From Phoronis australis (taxonomy: Eukaryota; Animalia; Phoronida), in the NCBI GenBank assembly GCA_002633005.1, contig NMRA01000186.1, positions 475,479 to 539,478 of the forward strand: a stretch of 64,000 nt of DNA, in the 5' to 3' direction. Numbering within the stretch: position 1 is the first letter of the stretch; each line of letters begins with the position of its first letter. The notes below the pieces were generated by a model. That model made no database searches. It had not been told where the DNA came from and was given only the letters and a program-made list of their open reading frames with translations. Shown one piece after another: positions 24,170 through 37,427 of this stretch. The position numbers were made by a program, and so were the translations under genes.

Positions 24170-26469
24170 AGGACTCCAGGTGGACCGATTTCAAACAAAT
24201 TTTAAGGAACTCTAGCACCTGTCTCATGAAGACTTTGTTTCGTATTCAGATCAGGTCTCGTTGATCTTATATCTTGAGCTATTATGTTGCCCATTCCCAC
24301 CGCTAGTTTTAATCCATCTGATATTCACTGAATTTGGTTCCATCCAATTATGTCGTTTTTTGCTCTGTAACGTTATGCAAATCGTTGTATGTTGCTTTAT
24401 GATTAACCACCTTCCAAGTGCATATTGTTGTTTTATATTTCCCAGTATATCTTGTATTTTCTATCCTACTATATGTATTTAAACTTATTCATTGTCCCAC
24501 TAAATTATCTCTTATCTCCTATGTACGCCTTGTTTTCCTCTCTGTGAACTGACAAGACACAGCACCATGAGAAAGTTGCTTACATGTCCGTCTTCTTGTC
24601 CAATCTCGTCACCGTAATCTCATATTCGGCACTGCCCTTCTTGCACCCCTGTGAAAGGGGTTTGAGTTCATAGTAACCAAGGGTTTCACCTGTCTCCAAC
24701 ACTAATTTCATACATCCGTCCTTCTTACCTGCAAACAAATGTGGCCAGCCATTGATATTAACATTTATGATATACATGTAAATGCGATAAATTGTATAGA
24801 GTGCGAGATTTTGATGTCAAGTTTTGTTCATTATCAATCAGTAGTTTCGTTCACTTGTGGTCAATAATGATGGCCTGGGCTTTATTAGCCTACAATCACA
24901 GCAAATCTAAATTCCGTATTAGCAACTTTTTATGACTGACTAACGAACTGATCTGAAATTTCTTTGTCACTCCTAAAATATTGATTTCTACCATTGAAAG
25001 GGTTGAGAGACTATCGGCGATTGATGTAAAGTAACCAAATTTCGAAATGTTTGGTCGACCATGCAATAGCTGACGTTTTCTTTGTTTTATTTGACCCTAT
25101 TTTCGAGCAACTTGGTTTCTAGTAGGCAAATAAAAATTTCAACGACCAGAGAAGGAATGTGTCAAACAGTTGCTAGGAAGTGCTTAAACGAGGCAAAAAC
25201 CAAGTAAATGACCAGGGTGGTATCCAACTCTGGCAGAGATGGAAATAAAAGAACAATAAATGCACAAATCTGAATGTATTTGAGGGGACAGGCTTTTCTT
25301 AACGTCACTTCCGTGTCCTCTCCTGTCTCAATACAATTTACGCACCTAGCTACTATAATCCCGGAAAGAGATAAAGAAACACGCTTCCCACCCTTGTTAA
25401 AGTCTACAACAATTTACTTGACAAATAATTTTGAATTTTGGTCACAAAAGCGACAGTAGTGTCGTTACATTCCCTTGATCGGGACTCCGACTATAACGTT
25501 ATAACGTTAACTCATTTGCAGTTGAACATGAAAGACAAAAATGCAGATGATGTGAGAAAAACACTATGAGCACAATTCATATATTTAGACGTGCTGCTTC
25601 AGTGACAGGATGTCACTAAACAACGTTAATTGAGTTGCACATACTCTTCGCGGCATAACTCCAATAGTATCAGCGAGGATACTTTCAGAGGGGAGGTTAC
25701 TGTAACGTAGGACCATTCAGACAAGTCTGTACATTTAGCCAAATATCAATATAACTATAAAAACCAATTCTGTAAAAGTATATATTCTTTGAAGCAGAAA
25801 ACCTGTTGGCTTTTGACTGCCGTTAACCAAGTTACGTAACCATGTATTTTTAGTAAAGCTTAACAAAAGGAAAGGTACATACATGGCACAACAACAATCA
25901 ATTTCATTTGATATATGCATGTTCAAGATGAAATCTCAAGAACATTGTTGATGCAAACATGAAATGCCTATGATTGTATACCTACTCATGCAAAAGTCAC
26001 GAGCATTTAAAAACAATCCTTTTCGGCGTTTTGGAGAACAGTGCTTAAAGCATAGTGCCTATCTCTACATGTGAGTTCCATTTGAATTCGAACAGCTATT
26101 TCTAAAACGTATGCTAATTTGGTGGACATTTTTCTAAATTTCTATATAACCGGCCCTCATAGATGATCAGAAGTAATGGTTAGATGTTTTATATCCTAGT
26201 AACCATACACAGCGGAATTGAAAACTTCTGTTTAAACAGCACACAGTAATAACAATATTTCTGCAGTGCTTCAAGTCAATCGCTGCATCGACGTCACAGC
26301 TTAGACCAAATGTGACGTGTAAATTTTAATGAAAGTAACTTGTTTTGTTAAATTTAGTAAGGACGATACCTTTGCATGGTTTATTTCACTGGTTATTTAC
26401 GCTAAACGGTCTCTTTGTATGTACAGCCAGGCGGCAAAGCATTTGAATAAAAAATTACAATACAAGTTT

Positions 26470-27050
26470 GAGAGGTTGATACTCAACTATAATGCCCTTA
26501 ATTGTGATTTTCCCATTACTGACCTCCTCGATACACTTCGCTAGTGTAGTCTGGTTAGCAGGCGTGCCTTTCGTTTAAAACTTATGGTGTACAAAGCCAC
26601 ACATAACCTTACACGAAATTACCTCACTATTAAATTCAAAACAGCCAGAGAATCTCACAATTACAGGACTACAGGACCATAGCGAATGTTTCTGGCTGGT
26701 GCCAGAACAAAGCAACTGCGGCAAAAGAACTTTTGCCTACAGAGGTACTATTGCTAGGGACTGCCATCACGAACGCGCCCAATTTCCACCTCTTCAAACA
26801 GAAACTCTGCGACTTTGTGCGAGGTTCGGGACTGTAAGCCTCAGGTCATCATTATTTTACTCAATTTTTATCTTGTTTATTTGTCTACTTCAAAATAGTA
26901 AATAATTTACTTATTTCGGTAACCTTTTCAATCTAATTATACATAGCTCTCTGAATTTTATTCCATGTAACTATTTCCGACTGGGCCCACTTGAAATTGA
27001 GCTTATTCACTGAACTAGTCACCCAGTCTTTTTAAGAAGTTAAAATAGAC
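26470..27050 (+). mobile_element. 3' fragment of an L2/CR1-group LINE
   Basis: Decayed C-terminal RT-tail motifs RLIL..., DLLDTLR, MVYKATHNLTRNYL, HNYRT, GKRTFAYRG and FKQKL, followed by an AT-rich 3' UTR. Confidence 0.7.
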
Positions 27051-28234
27051 CATTGAGTTGATAAGAGTACTGCCGAGTAGCGTGCGTTAGGTTTTTAAGA
27101 AATAACTCACCTTGACATTTCCCCACGGGTGAAGGTCAATATTAGCATGCAGTTACAATGAAGTTAACCAACGAGTAAAGCAGAAATTATTTATTTAACA
27201 TAAAAATTCTTGCTGAAATTTCGATTTTCAATTTTAAATACTTACTGCATGCAAACGCTAAAAACTAGCAAATGGTGTTTGGTTACCGCTGTAGCCATAA
27301 GATACTATCACTAAGTGAAAGTTCTTATAGTTTTTGCCTAGAATTTTACAGAATGAAAGTTCACTTTTATATATAATTTCACTGCTGAAACTTACAATTG
27401 TCTTTACCACTTGATCCATAGGCCACAGTAGCCGACAACAGAACAAGAGAGAAAAATCGTCAAGCTTGACATGATTCGTTTGCTCTCAATATTCAACGAT
27501 TGTTATAGTCAAAGCACCACAGTTTAATTCCTGAGAGACAGTGCGCTTATATAGTTTTTGAAACACTTTTAGTAATCGCTAACACAACAGCACTTCATTT
27601 ATTTTGCTTTAGTGATTGATTTCGTGCAAACAAGAGCTACGGAATTGTTTTGTTCATTAACTGTAAATAACCTGTTACGCTTCCGAGGGCTCTACTTTTC
27701 CTGTTTTCGCTCTTAGTTTAGATAAAAAGTCAATTGCAAAAAATACTGCTGACGGGTTACATTTTTTGAGTGTTTAAATAAACGTGTGTAATTGCCTTTA
27801 TTCGCATTTTATTATCTCAAACCAAACATTTATTCGCTGTTTGATTATTTTCGTCGTTTGTTAGTCGACAGAAGAGTTTTTTGTAATTTTTATGGGTGTA
27901 AATTTAATTATATTTTGATCGATTGCCCGATAACGGAATTCCCCATAATTACATACCACGATTCATAACTTTGCATGTGATTATTTTTCAGACTTCGTTT
28001 TACATAAGAAAAAATATAAAAACTTACGTAACGTAACTTTACTGGAGGCAGTGGTTTATTTGTTCTATCCACCTGCTTTATTTGTTGTTTAGAAAATTGT
28101 GTGGGTATCTAGGTATCGTACACATCCCCAACTCAAAGTCGTAGGCGCTCCTCTACGGGCTCACCATCAAACCAGCAAGTCGCGCTCGAATATCGGCGGA
28201 CACAATATTCCACATTCCGTGTTCTTATCACCTT

Positions 28235-28430
28235 TTAAGGTTATCTCCAACCTTATTCACAAAAATGGCCATTTTTACAATATTTCACATGTGTCTAGTA
28301 AAATACCTTATCTTTAGTCTTGAGTAACTTCAAATATAAAATATGAACTGCGTAGCGAGAAAAAAAGATTTAAGAGAACCACCGTGGAATCGCACAACCG
28401 CGTGGTTATTTGTTTACTACTTATCCGAGG
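28235..28430 (+). mobile_element. End of a TTAA-flanked DNA transposon (Kolobok-like terminus); inverted copy of 16573-16769
   Basis: TTAA|GGTTATCT terminus and ~195-bp homology to 16573-16769. Confidence 0.65.
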
Positions 28431-29689
28431 TCAAAGGTTAAAGGGCTTTCAATCAAATCGAATCTCCCGCCAGGTACAGAACAGCTTCGTATACCCTCAG
28501 TCCTTTCATTCAAAAATGGCCATAACATTGAGTAAACGAGGTGTAATTATGGTAGAATTGTGGCCGGCAAAACAAAAACAAAACGTAATTTTGATCCTAA
28601 GGGAGTTGTGCGTCTACATGGATGCGACCGTTGGGGTTGAGAACGAATGCTACTGTCGCCTCAGGCCTCTGTGGTCATGAACACAGCAAATTGTGAAAAG
28701 AGATAAATCCTCACCTTAATTCCTTCATTCAATTAATAAATTGACATTTCAATGTTTTGGTCTCATGCTAACGACATGCTTTAACCACCGATTCGATTTT
28801 TGTTATCCATTTCTTACTTGGTTTCGTATCAGTCTCCCAGCACGTGACGTGTACAGGCTATGTGTGTAACAATGAACTGAGACCTTTTTACATATAAAAG
28901 TAGGTCAAATGGTCCCAAACAACAGTAATTAGCTGGGAATGGTACGTTTTAATGATAATTAAGTTAATTACGCACTGCAAAATCAGTTGACGTTGCGTGT
29001 GAATGTTGAAATAGCGACCATATTTAAGGCTTTTGTAGGTTATGTGTACCGAAAACAAGCTTTCACCGAATAATTAACCGAAGACTGTGAGATTTTCACT
29101 TGTCCCAGTTTAACCGGCTTTTTCTCAGCTTCGGCAAATCGACTCCATTTGAACTTAGGAACATGAGTTCTCAAAAACGCTGAAACTTTCAAAATTCAAT
29201 ATTAAACAGTACACATCATGGATTTTTGCACATTTTGAATTACCGGTGGCCACAGACTAAATGTATGACGTAAAATTTAGCTAAACCCATGTTTATTTTG
29301 TGTAATTAGCTCGAAATTTTGATTTTTCTTTCAATTTTGTCAATTTTCACATTTCCCGCCATATGACGTCATGGGTTGAACACAAGAGATCAGTGACTAG
29401 CATTGAACAATGGCGGAGAGCAGGGAATTTGAAAGCGACGACGGTTTTGAGCAAGAATTGAACGAATACTATGACGAAACGTACGGAAATGGTGGCTAGG
29501 ATGAGGAAATGAGGTTGCACGAAAGCGAGAACAAGTTTAATGTGCTTCCGGCAGCGTACTTTTCTACTTTGAGCCTTACGAACTGGATCCTCCCGCGAGA
29601 GAAGCGGCCTCAGGCTCGGCGAGTCAACCCAGTCATCCAACAGACGATCGTGAATTAAGAGCTGATGTTTCTGAATGATGAATATTGTC

Positions 29690-29781
29690 CTTTATTGAAC
29701 CAGGCCTTCATCGTAACGTCTCCTGTGACTGGAGTCGAAACACGAGTCCTCAAAGTGGGCAGAACACAGAGTGGCCCCCGG
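29690..29781 (-). pseudogene. THAP-domain remnant (DNA transposon-derived)
   Basis: Translates to PGATLCSAHFEDSCFD, matching the THAP LCSxHFxxxxF motif. It is truncated by a stop and the N-terminal half is not evident. Confidence 0.65.
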
Positions 29782-30512
29782 ACATACGTATTTAATATTC
29801 TTAATTTGAAAAGGCGTCATTTATGGTAAATAATCCTTAGTTTAGGTCACAGAACAAAAATTATTAATTTTGCTTGATAAAGTTGTAGTAATAGTGGTCT
29901 CAATCTCAAATGCACTGGCAGTAGTTTTTACCTATATGTGAGTGGTCAGCACAGTGTGACTGCTTTTTATGAACTTCTCAGCTTATTTTGAGATCATTTT
30001 ATGTAAAATCATGAGCAGTGATTGGAATTTGAGCAATATAAAATGGAAATATTGCCTGTGTTCTGTAATTTATTTTAATATCTTGAGAATTCAAATGTTG
30101 CCCAGATTTCAGTATCGTACATTTTGTAGATTCTTGAATTGGAGTTTTTAGCGAAAGAAAATTTTTACTCTTCCAATTATGTGCTATTTGAAACAGGAAG
30201 CGCCAAATGAAATTTTAGCTCTACGGTGAAGAAGACGCTTTTCAATTTCAAACAAAAGCTATTGCCAACATGACCATTCCTCTATTTTTCAAAGGCTGAA
30301 CTATTGTATTAAGGATGATAAAAATTTTTCTATGTTTTCAATTGTTTGACGGCAGCTGCACAGTGCAACCAATGCTGGTGATAGACCTAATTCACGCGGC
30401 AGACATTCAAATCCAAAACGAGGCTCACTGCGATGAACAAAGCGGAAGTTGATATTGCGTGACTTAAATGGCTCGTCTTTTGAGTCCAATCTGGATATTA
30501 AATATTAAAAAT

Positions 30513-30633
30513 ATGTCGATAGTTAACCACAGAGATGTAGAAAAATACATTAGAGAAAAAGTCAATGAACTAAAGAGTTGTCTGACGAAAGGGTACGAGT
30601 TTTGTTCGGTAAATTAGGTTGTAAACATGAAAA
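30513..30633 (+). pseudogene. Remnant of a transposon accessory ORF (SWIM/YqaJ-type protein N-terminal region)
   Basis: MSIVNHRDVEKYIREKVNELKSCLTKGYEFCSVN* resembles the KGYxFFxExY motif I recall from such proteins. It lies next to the THAP remnant. Confidence 0.35.
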
Positions 30634-32944
30634 GTAAATATGACCAAATTGCGGCAATGGTGCTACGGATTAGGTATTATGCCGTTTCTTCTTGTACTGA
30701 ATTGTTCATAAAAATGCTTTCTACACGAACCAGGTCATCTGCTCGTATTTTGATGAGTTGAAGATATATTCGACAGTGGTAGCTCGTCGCAATTTGCTGT
30801 CACTTGATGTGCAAGTCACATCTGCTTTAATTTGTTGATCAAGAGTATTAAAGCCCTTCTCTCAAACTGCCCATGTGGTTCCAGTATCCGAAAATACTTA
30901 CAACATAAAATCTTATTTTCGACACCCTTTCTTTACATTCTTTTCGCCTTTCTTGCCAAAAGCGATTTTTGAACAGTATTTGACCCTTCTCTCTGAGCGT
31001 ATGATTTCCGGTTGTCATCGGTTATTTCCGTACCCACATTTCCGGCTCATGAGTTCAGGAACTTGTCCTGAAAGCCGCCATTTTTCCTTGTAACTGAATG
31101 TGCTATCGCTTGCTCGAAAAGTCTTCATTATTTTGTTTTGTTAGTAATATCTCGTGATTCGTTTGCATATGTAGTGTATTTATAGTTTGTAGTTAGTGGT
31201 CGTTGATGTTTTTTGGAATGTTACGCGTACTTAGTATGTTAAAATAGCATTTTGGTGTTTAGTTCAGTACGTAGGCCGGTCGAACCTAGGAACCAATATG
31301 GGTCGAACCTATTTTGTTCGGTTTTATTTTTTTCTCGTTTTGAAAAAGCACTTTGCTATCATCGGAAAGGTAGTGCATTCTACTCAGTAAAAATCGAAAA
31401 AGTATCAAAATCCGGGCAAGCAGTGTAAAGTTATTGCAAGTTTTGTGGCGAAATTTTGGTCACTTTGTTTGGATCGCGTCGGCCATATTGGAGGACAGCG
31501 GGATAAGTTACGAGTTTAAAACTTTGTGTAAATTGTTTTCGCCAACAAATTACGATGAAATTTAGTTAGACATATCTTTACTTACTATTCTGCACGATTT
31601 AACAGTGTTCACGAAATTTCATCCTCGCAGTGGTTACTCATTAAGTGATCGTGCTCACAATTCCCGTTGGACTTCGTCTCATTTCTGGCGGCACCGACAA
31701 CATGGCGACTTTTACTGAACTGAAAGGCATGTTCAATCGGCTACTTTGTAATTTGTGAAGATTTAACGTTGATACATTTTGACAAACGTTGCTACAAAAA
31801 AGAAACTTCTTTTCAATTTTCGTGTTTTTTGTGCAAAAATATAAAATGGGTTCGAATTATTTTACTGTAAATTTCCCATTCAGGTGATCTTACACTAAGC
31901 TAAAAAAATAGTTGAAATAATTTTGAAATGGTTTTTTGTTTGACTGTCAACTGCTGTTCAAGACTTGATTCGGTGTCACAAAATGATTCATATTTTTCTA
32001 AATTTAAGTCTCAATTGCTTTCAAGTCATGTTTTGTAACTTATTGCTTCTTAATTCAGATTATCAAGTCAACAATATGAATAATCTTAATTTGAGAAATA
32101 AGCTATGTTGGATTGTGAAGCTTCAAGCCTCTAATTCTTGTTCCTTGCAACTTCATATTTTTTTAAATGATGCTTGTCAAATTCTGGTATAAGGAAACAC
32201 TATTCCGTCACCATGGTAATAGTTACATGTATGTCCACTTTCATATCATGAAAACTGTTGCTGTTGAATAGTGTTTGTTATGCTAAATGTTGTAAAGTAT
32301 TGTGCATTTTAAGTTACTTATTATGTTAAAAGTTTGAATCNTTTTCTCGGCCTGGGTTCCTGAATGAATTGTACTTCCGGGTTCGCGGCAAGTTCAAAAT
32401 GGCGGTGGTTCTTCGGGTGCGAATCGTGAGTGGCGCGTTCATTTAAACTTTTTTCGAGTACGGATCGTGTATTAGTTATGGGGTAGGTACTTTTTGGATC
32501 CTTATAACATCCTCTAACCATGTAATAAGGGTTAACAACGCGTGAGAGAAGGACTTTAAACTGAGTCAGGTGAGTATGAGGCAAAAGTTAGCGCGAGACT
32601 GAGCGAAGCCCGTGACCAGACGCGTGAAACTTGCACAACAGCATGGGAAAATATCAAGTGAAATTTGTAAGATTTGCGTCCCTTGGACTTTTTGTTCGTC
32701 AACAGGCGTGATTTGACGCAACTCCCTCAAAATGGCGCCCGGTGAAAATCGAGCGAACCTCGAAGTTTTCATGGATATGTTCAAGTTATTTGTAGACTAA
32801 ATTGTATCCAGAGTCAGTGTATGTGCTAATCATAACTCTATGTGCACATATGCATGTTTCAATTGGTTTCATTTGCTGTATTTTGAAATGAGTAACATTT
32901 TATGGGGATATACTATCGCCTCTGTATGCCTGTGGCAGTGAGGC

Positions 32945-33091
32945 CCAGACCGGGTCGAGTTACAATTTCAGTCCGTTCACAATTTCGAACAACATCACGA
33001 GTTCACATTTTCTTCGTTCATTTACAGTTATTCCACGATCCATCAACCATCCCTTAAATCGTGTTAACGTTTTAAGCGTAAACTTCACCAT
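32945..33091 (-). pseudogene. SAP-like N-terminus of a transposon accessory ORF (ISL2EU/Kolobok-type), truncated
   Basis: MVKFTLKTLTRFKGWLMDRGITVNERRKCELVML...LKL*LDP fits the LKxxLxxRGxxxxxxKxELV SAP-like pattern and carries a premature stop. Confidence 0.5.
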
Positions 33092-33157
33092 AAGAACTCC
33101 AGTAAGATTTCGCGTGTGTAGCAAAGACTCGGGGCAAAACAAGAACAATATTGCGGG

Positions 33158-33296
33158 TTTTGCCCTCCTTCCGGTGACGTCACATTGACTAACTGGAAAC
33201 TCGTACGTGAGCTGATAATAGTACTTTTGCGAGTTTGTAACAATAACGCGAGATTATGTGAGACTTAACTGTGACGTCACCGGAAGTGGGGCAAAA
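33158..33296. promoter_or_regulatory. Inverted pair of ETS+CRE composite sites (candidate symmetric bidirectional promoter)
   Basis: ttttgccctccttccggtgacgtcaca (33158-33184) and tgtgacgtcaccggaagtggggcaaaa (33270-33296) are 25/27 complementary. Each contains TGACGTCA and CCGGAAG. Divergent ATGs lie at 33091 (-) and 33381 (+). Confidence 0.55.
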
Positions 33297-36200
33297 GCTT
33301 GTCGTTTGGCCATTTGCCCGATACAGTAGCAGAGTGTATTCTGTTGTTTACTTCGAGTTTTTAATCTTTTAGTGTGAAAAATGCCAAACAAGCATATTGC
33401 TGTTATCGCACTACAATACGTTCCATTGCGTCCTGTACTAATTTCGTCCCGTGTATTTTAAACGGGCGGTAGGTGAAATCCGCTCACTTATGCTGTTGGG
33501 CACAAATTCAGAACTGTCCTTACTACCAGTTCTGTTTAGTGTTCAGTTGGAAGGGATTTTACAAAGTATGATTCTTTGTCTTGGCAAGTACCACATTTAT
33601 TAGCAACGGATGAAGTGCAAAAATCCCTGCCTTGCGCTGTTTCAAAAGGAGGTCGCAATGTACATTTCTATTGAATGAAACATATACAGAACCAAATGAA
33701 ATACGATGAGTTTTTGGAACGCTGGCAAGGTTTTGCCCTTTTTTACTATGAATGACTCTTAGCGTAGTGTTTAAATTACTTTTGTTCATATTAGCACTTT
33801 GTATAAATTGAAACTAAACAAAAAAGTTATGGTATTAACTGTTGTGAAGAATTGTGTCATCTGTACCGTAATCATTATATTGAATAAAAATTGAGAAAAA
33901 AAAAACGAAAAACAGAAATCAAATATCAGGTCATGGGGACCTCGGGATATAAATGTTCTCGGCCGTCGACTTCGGTAACATCGCTCTTCATCGATCCATA
34001 TGACTTGATGTTGGTTCGGAATTGCTCGATATTTGTACAATATCTGCACAATTTTATAGTTTTTGTTAACCTACCCATCTTGTACACAACTATTTTAGAA
34101 TGACCCAATCTAAAGCCATTTTCGTGTTCTGTGAACTGGAGTTGTGTGTTGGATGCTTGCTAGTACATTTTCATGTTACCGTGTATCTTGTGACATGCAG
34201 TTTACTTTACGTGACTGCACAGCAGCTTCAGTTGATTAATGTTCAAGTGTGACCCTCGGTGAAGGCTTTGACTTAAGAGGCTCATTTTGTTCGTGGTTAG
34301 GTGATCAATCGACTTTCAAAGATATGAAGCCAAAGTAATCGCGTAGCTAGAAATATTGCTATTATTAGTGATTGTGTACAATAGATTAGACGTTGCCATG
34401 GCATAGAAAAATAATGGCAGTCGTAGAATTCGTACTTTGAATACGATTCACTTGTCAAGCTTTGAAGTAGGAGTTGTAGTCATTATACGCACTGAATGAA
34501 TATAGTGCTGATCCAGTTTTGAAGAATCGATGCTTTTCAATTCTTATCACCCAGCAAAATGAAATTGTTGTACGTTCTAACCACGCACCGAGACCTATAG
34601 GCCTTGTCTGCATGACCATAACATCTTACAATGTGACACAACTTTAATCTAAAAACATTGTGATGACATTGCCATTTGGGATGTTTTTTTATGATTTACT
34701 TTTCTTTGTATATGAACGTGAATGGAGTATTGTGAACTTTAGCATTAAATTTTTATTATCGGCGAGAAATGTGGTTTTCTCAGATCAACCCCAAAGCGCT
34801 GAGACGACGGTTTCAGTTCAACACGATGCTGGCAGAGCTTAATTCTGCTTGTTAAATGGCAGATGATTTTAAGCGCATAGAGCTTGTAAAGTTGAGGGCC
34901 TTGATTTCATCAAAGGTCTAACGTTACTATGGGAATTGAAGATTTGCGCTAAAATAACAACGGATTTAGTTTTTTTACAATTCTAGGGTCTGTTCCATCA
35001 AAAGTGAATTCACATTTGTCAGAAATTTGGTCTTGCAATTCGTATCAACTATTTTTGAAAAATAATTAAATCGCATTTGTGCAAAAAGCGAAGTCCCTGA
35101 GTATATGTAATTAACTTTTAGTTACACTACTATGTCTTCATAACTGTAGGCTAAGTCTTTATTCATCAATTGTAAAGTTTGCTGTTCTTGGGGTAGCACG
35201 TTTTCTGTTACGTAAAAGTCGTTGAAGACACGCCATTATTGTTGCAGCAGCTGCAATTTCCATAGGCATTTCTTTACTACCTTCTAATCGAAATATTCGA
35301 ATGTTACTTTCCAGAAATGGGAATGTCCGAATGTTTCGTCGTTCCCTTAATTAACGAGAAGCCACATTCATCGCCCCTTCGTATTACTACAATATCTTCT
35401 CATATCACTGGGCAAGATCGTAGCTCTCAAAGTGCCTTTTAGGCATAACAAGGGTTGATTCCACTCTTTTACTGTGCTTTGGTGGGTGGGGCTGATAAAT
35501 ATGGCTTCTCATTGAGTAACTAATGATCCTTTTGAACAAAGTAACATTCGGGCATCCGTAGTAGTGAAAATACTTCAATCATATACGGTTACGTCAAAGT
35601 CCGACAGACTTATAACATACATGTAGGCTATTCTATGCTTATAGGACGCATGCTACACAATTTCTTCTTCTTTGGTTCACTCAAGGTGTCATGTAAAACA
35701 ATAGAACGATGGACACTAATAGTGCCCACACACGCAATTTTGTATATCGCTGCATCATCCTTTCAAACGGTCTAACGAACTAGACGACCAACCAACCTCC
35801 GTCTATCTGCTCGATCGTAATAGCCTCCCACCGTGCCTCCTTCCTACCCGCCCTTCCGCTCTCATTCCCACGCTCTCCCGTGCATCTTTCCCTCCCGCCA
35901 ATCCTAACTCCATCCCCTTGCGCTGGAACGACTGGTCGTCTTTACACAGTTTCAGTAAAGAATTGCCTTGCGGAAGTAAATCTTTGTAACCAATACATTT
36001 GCAGAGGAGAGCCTTTGAAAAGTATTGAGTACGCCCTCGCTTCATCTGCTTCGGTGGTGTCCACCTTTTGATGAAAGTGTAATACCGAACTTTAGTGACA
36101 CTAACGGTAATGTGCTTACATAGTGGCAACATTTGCAGGTTTACATATTATGAATTCAGGGGTCCATGTCCAGACCCTGCCTCGTCACCACTTTTGTATT

Positions 36201-37291
36201 TCATCTTCTATGTACGTTTTTTGTCAAAGCCCCCTATAGCCATGATCCAGGACCCACGTTTACAAGCAACTCAGTAAATAGCGTGTTTAAATAATTTCTG
36301 AACCAAAAGCATTGCCACGAAACAGATTGAAATAAATCTTCACAAGTTTTCCCTTGTCTGGCTTATCAACTCATCGCATGTTAGAAAAATACTCGCCGGA
36401 GATACGTAGTGTTTTTCCCTTAGATCAAAATCAGTCACCGATAGGTTCTACACTTGATGTCCTTCCTTGTACCCACTTTGAAGCGGGTACCGTCCGTAGA
36501 TCTGAAGCCAATGGTCATCGCGTCTTGTGCCACTAGTTTAGTGTAGCCGTTCTTCTCACCTGTTAACAGGAGGAGTCACAGTCAAGACACGATTCACTAC
36601 AAATAAACTCATCCTGCAAACAGGGACTGTCCGTTGTAAAAGTTCATCAGTTTCGTAAAAATTGTAGATTAGACCAGTAAGTTCAGATTATTGCCAGTCT
36701 CCTTTAAAGGGATGCTAAACTCGCATTAGTCTCCTATCAAACAATAACTAGGACAAGGATAGTTAAAGTTGCATTTCACCCTATTAATTTGACTATAGTG
36801 AAATTCGATTTTCACCTTATACTCTCATAAAATGGGTCTCATAACCTTACCTTTCTGTTGTCAATTTGAGTCACGGACGCCCTTTTCTGAATTCGTAACC
36901 TTAGGGTTGGCCAACCCTAATAAAGTCTGATGTGATTTTTAAGTCGCTGATAGTTTCGATGCTTTTCTTAGTGGCAGAAATGTACGGAACATTAAGAGAT
37001 CTATTGATCAGGGCAAAAGACCTTTTCAGTAATCGTTTCACCTTCCAAAGCAGGTGTTAATGTCATAGTAATAGGTGTGTAGACATTTTTATGTGAAATC
37101 TCCATAACACGTTTAGTATTCTTTTAATCTAACCGAGCATTTGCTGCTAATCTACTTGGAATTTGCAACGAGGTCTCCTTATCGGCAAACATACTTTGCC
37201 GTTTCTTGGACCTCAAAACACGCCTTTCAGTTGTCTCGATAACACGCGCCTGTCCAGTTATAAAAGATACAAACTGTCATACCAGCTCGTT

Positions 37292-37427
37292 AATGAAGGC
37301 TTACAAGAACTTACAAGTGTGTTTTCCCGTGTTGTGTATGCTACAACGAATGGCATAAAATGAAGGCTTACAAGAACTTACAAGTGTGTTTTCCCGTGTT
37401 GTGTATGCTACAACGAATGGCATAAAA
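37292..37427. repeat. Exact tandem duplication, 67-bp unit, 2 copies
   Basis: aatgaaggcttacaagaacttacaagtgtg...gaatggcataa starts at 37292 and at 37359. Confidence 0.95.
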
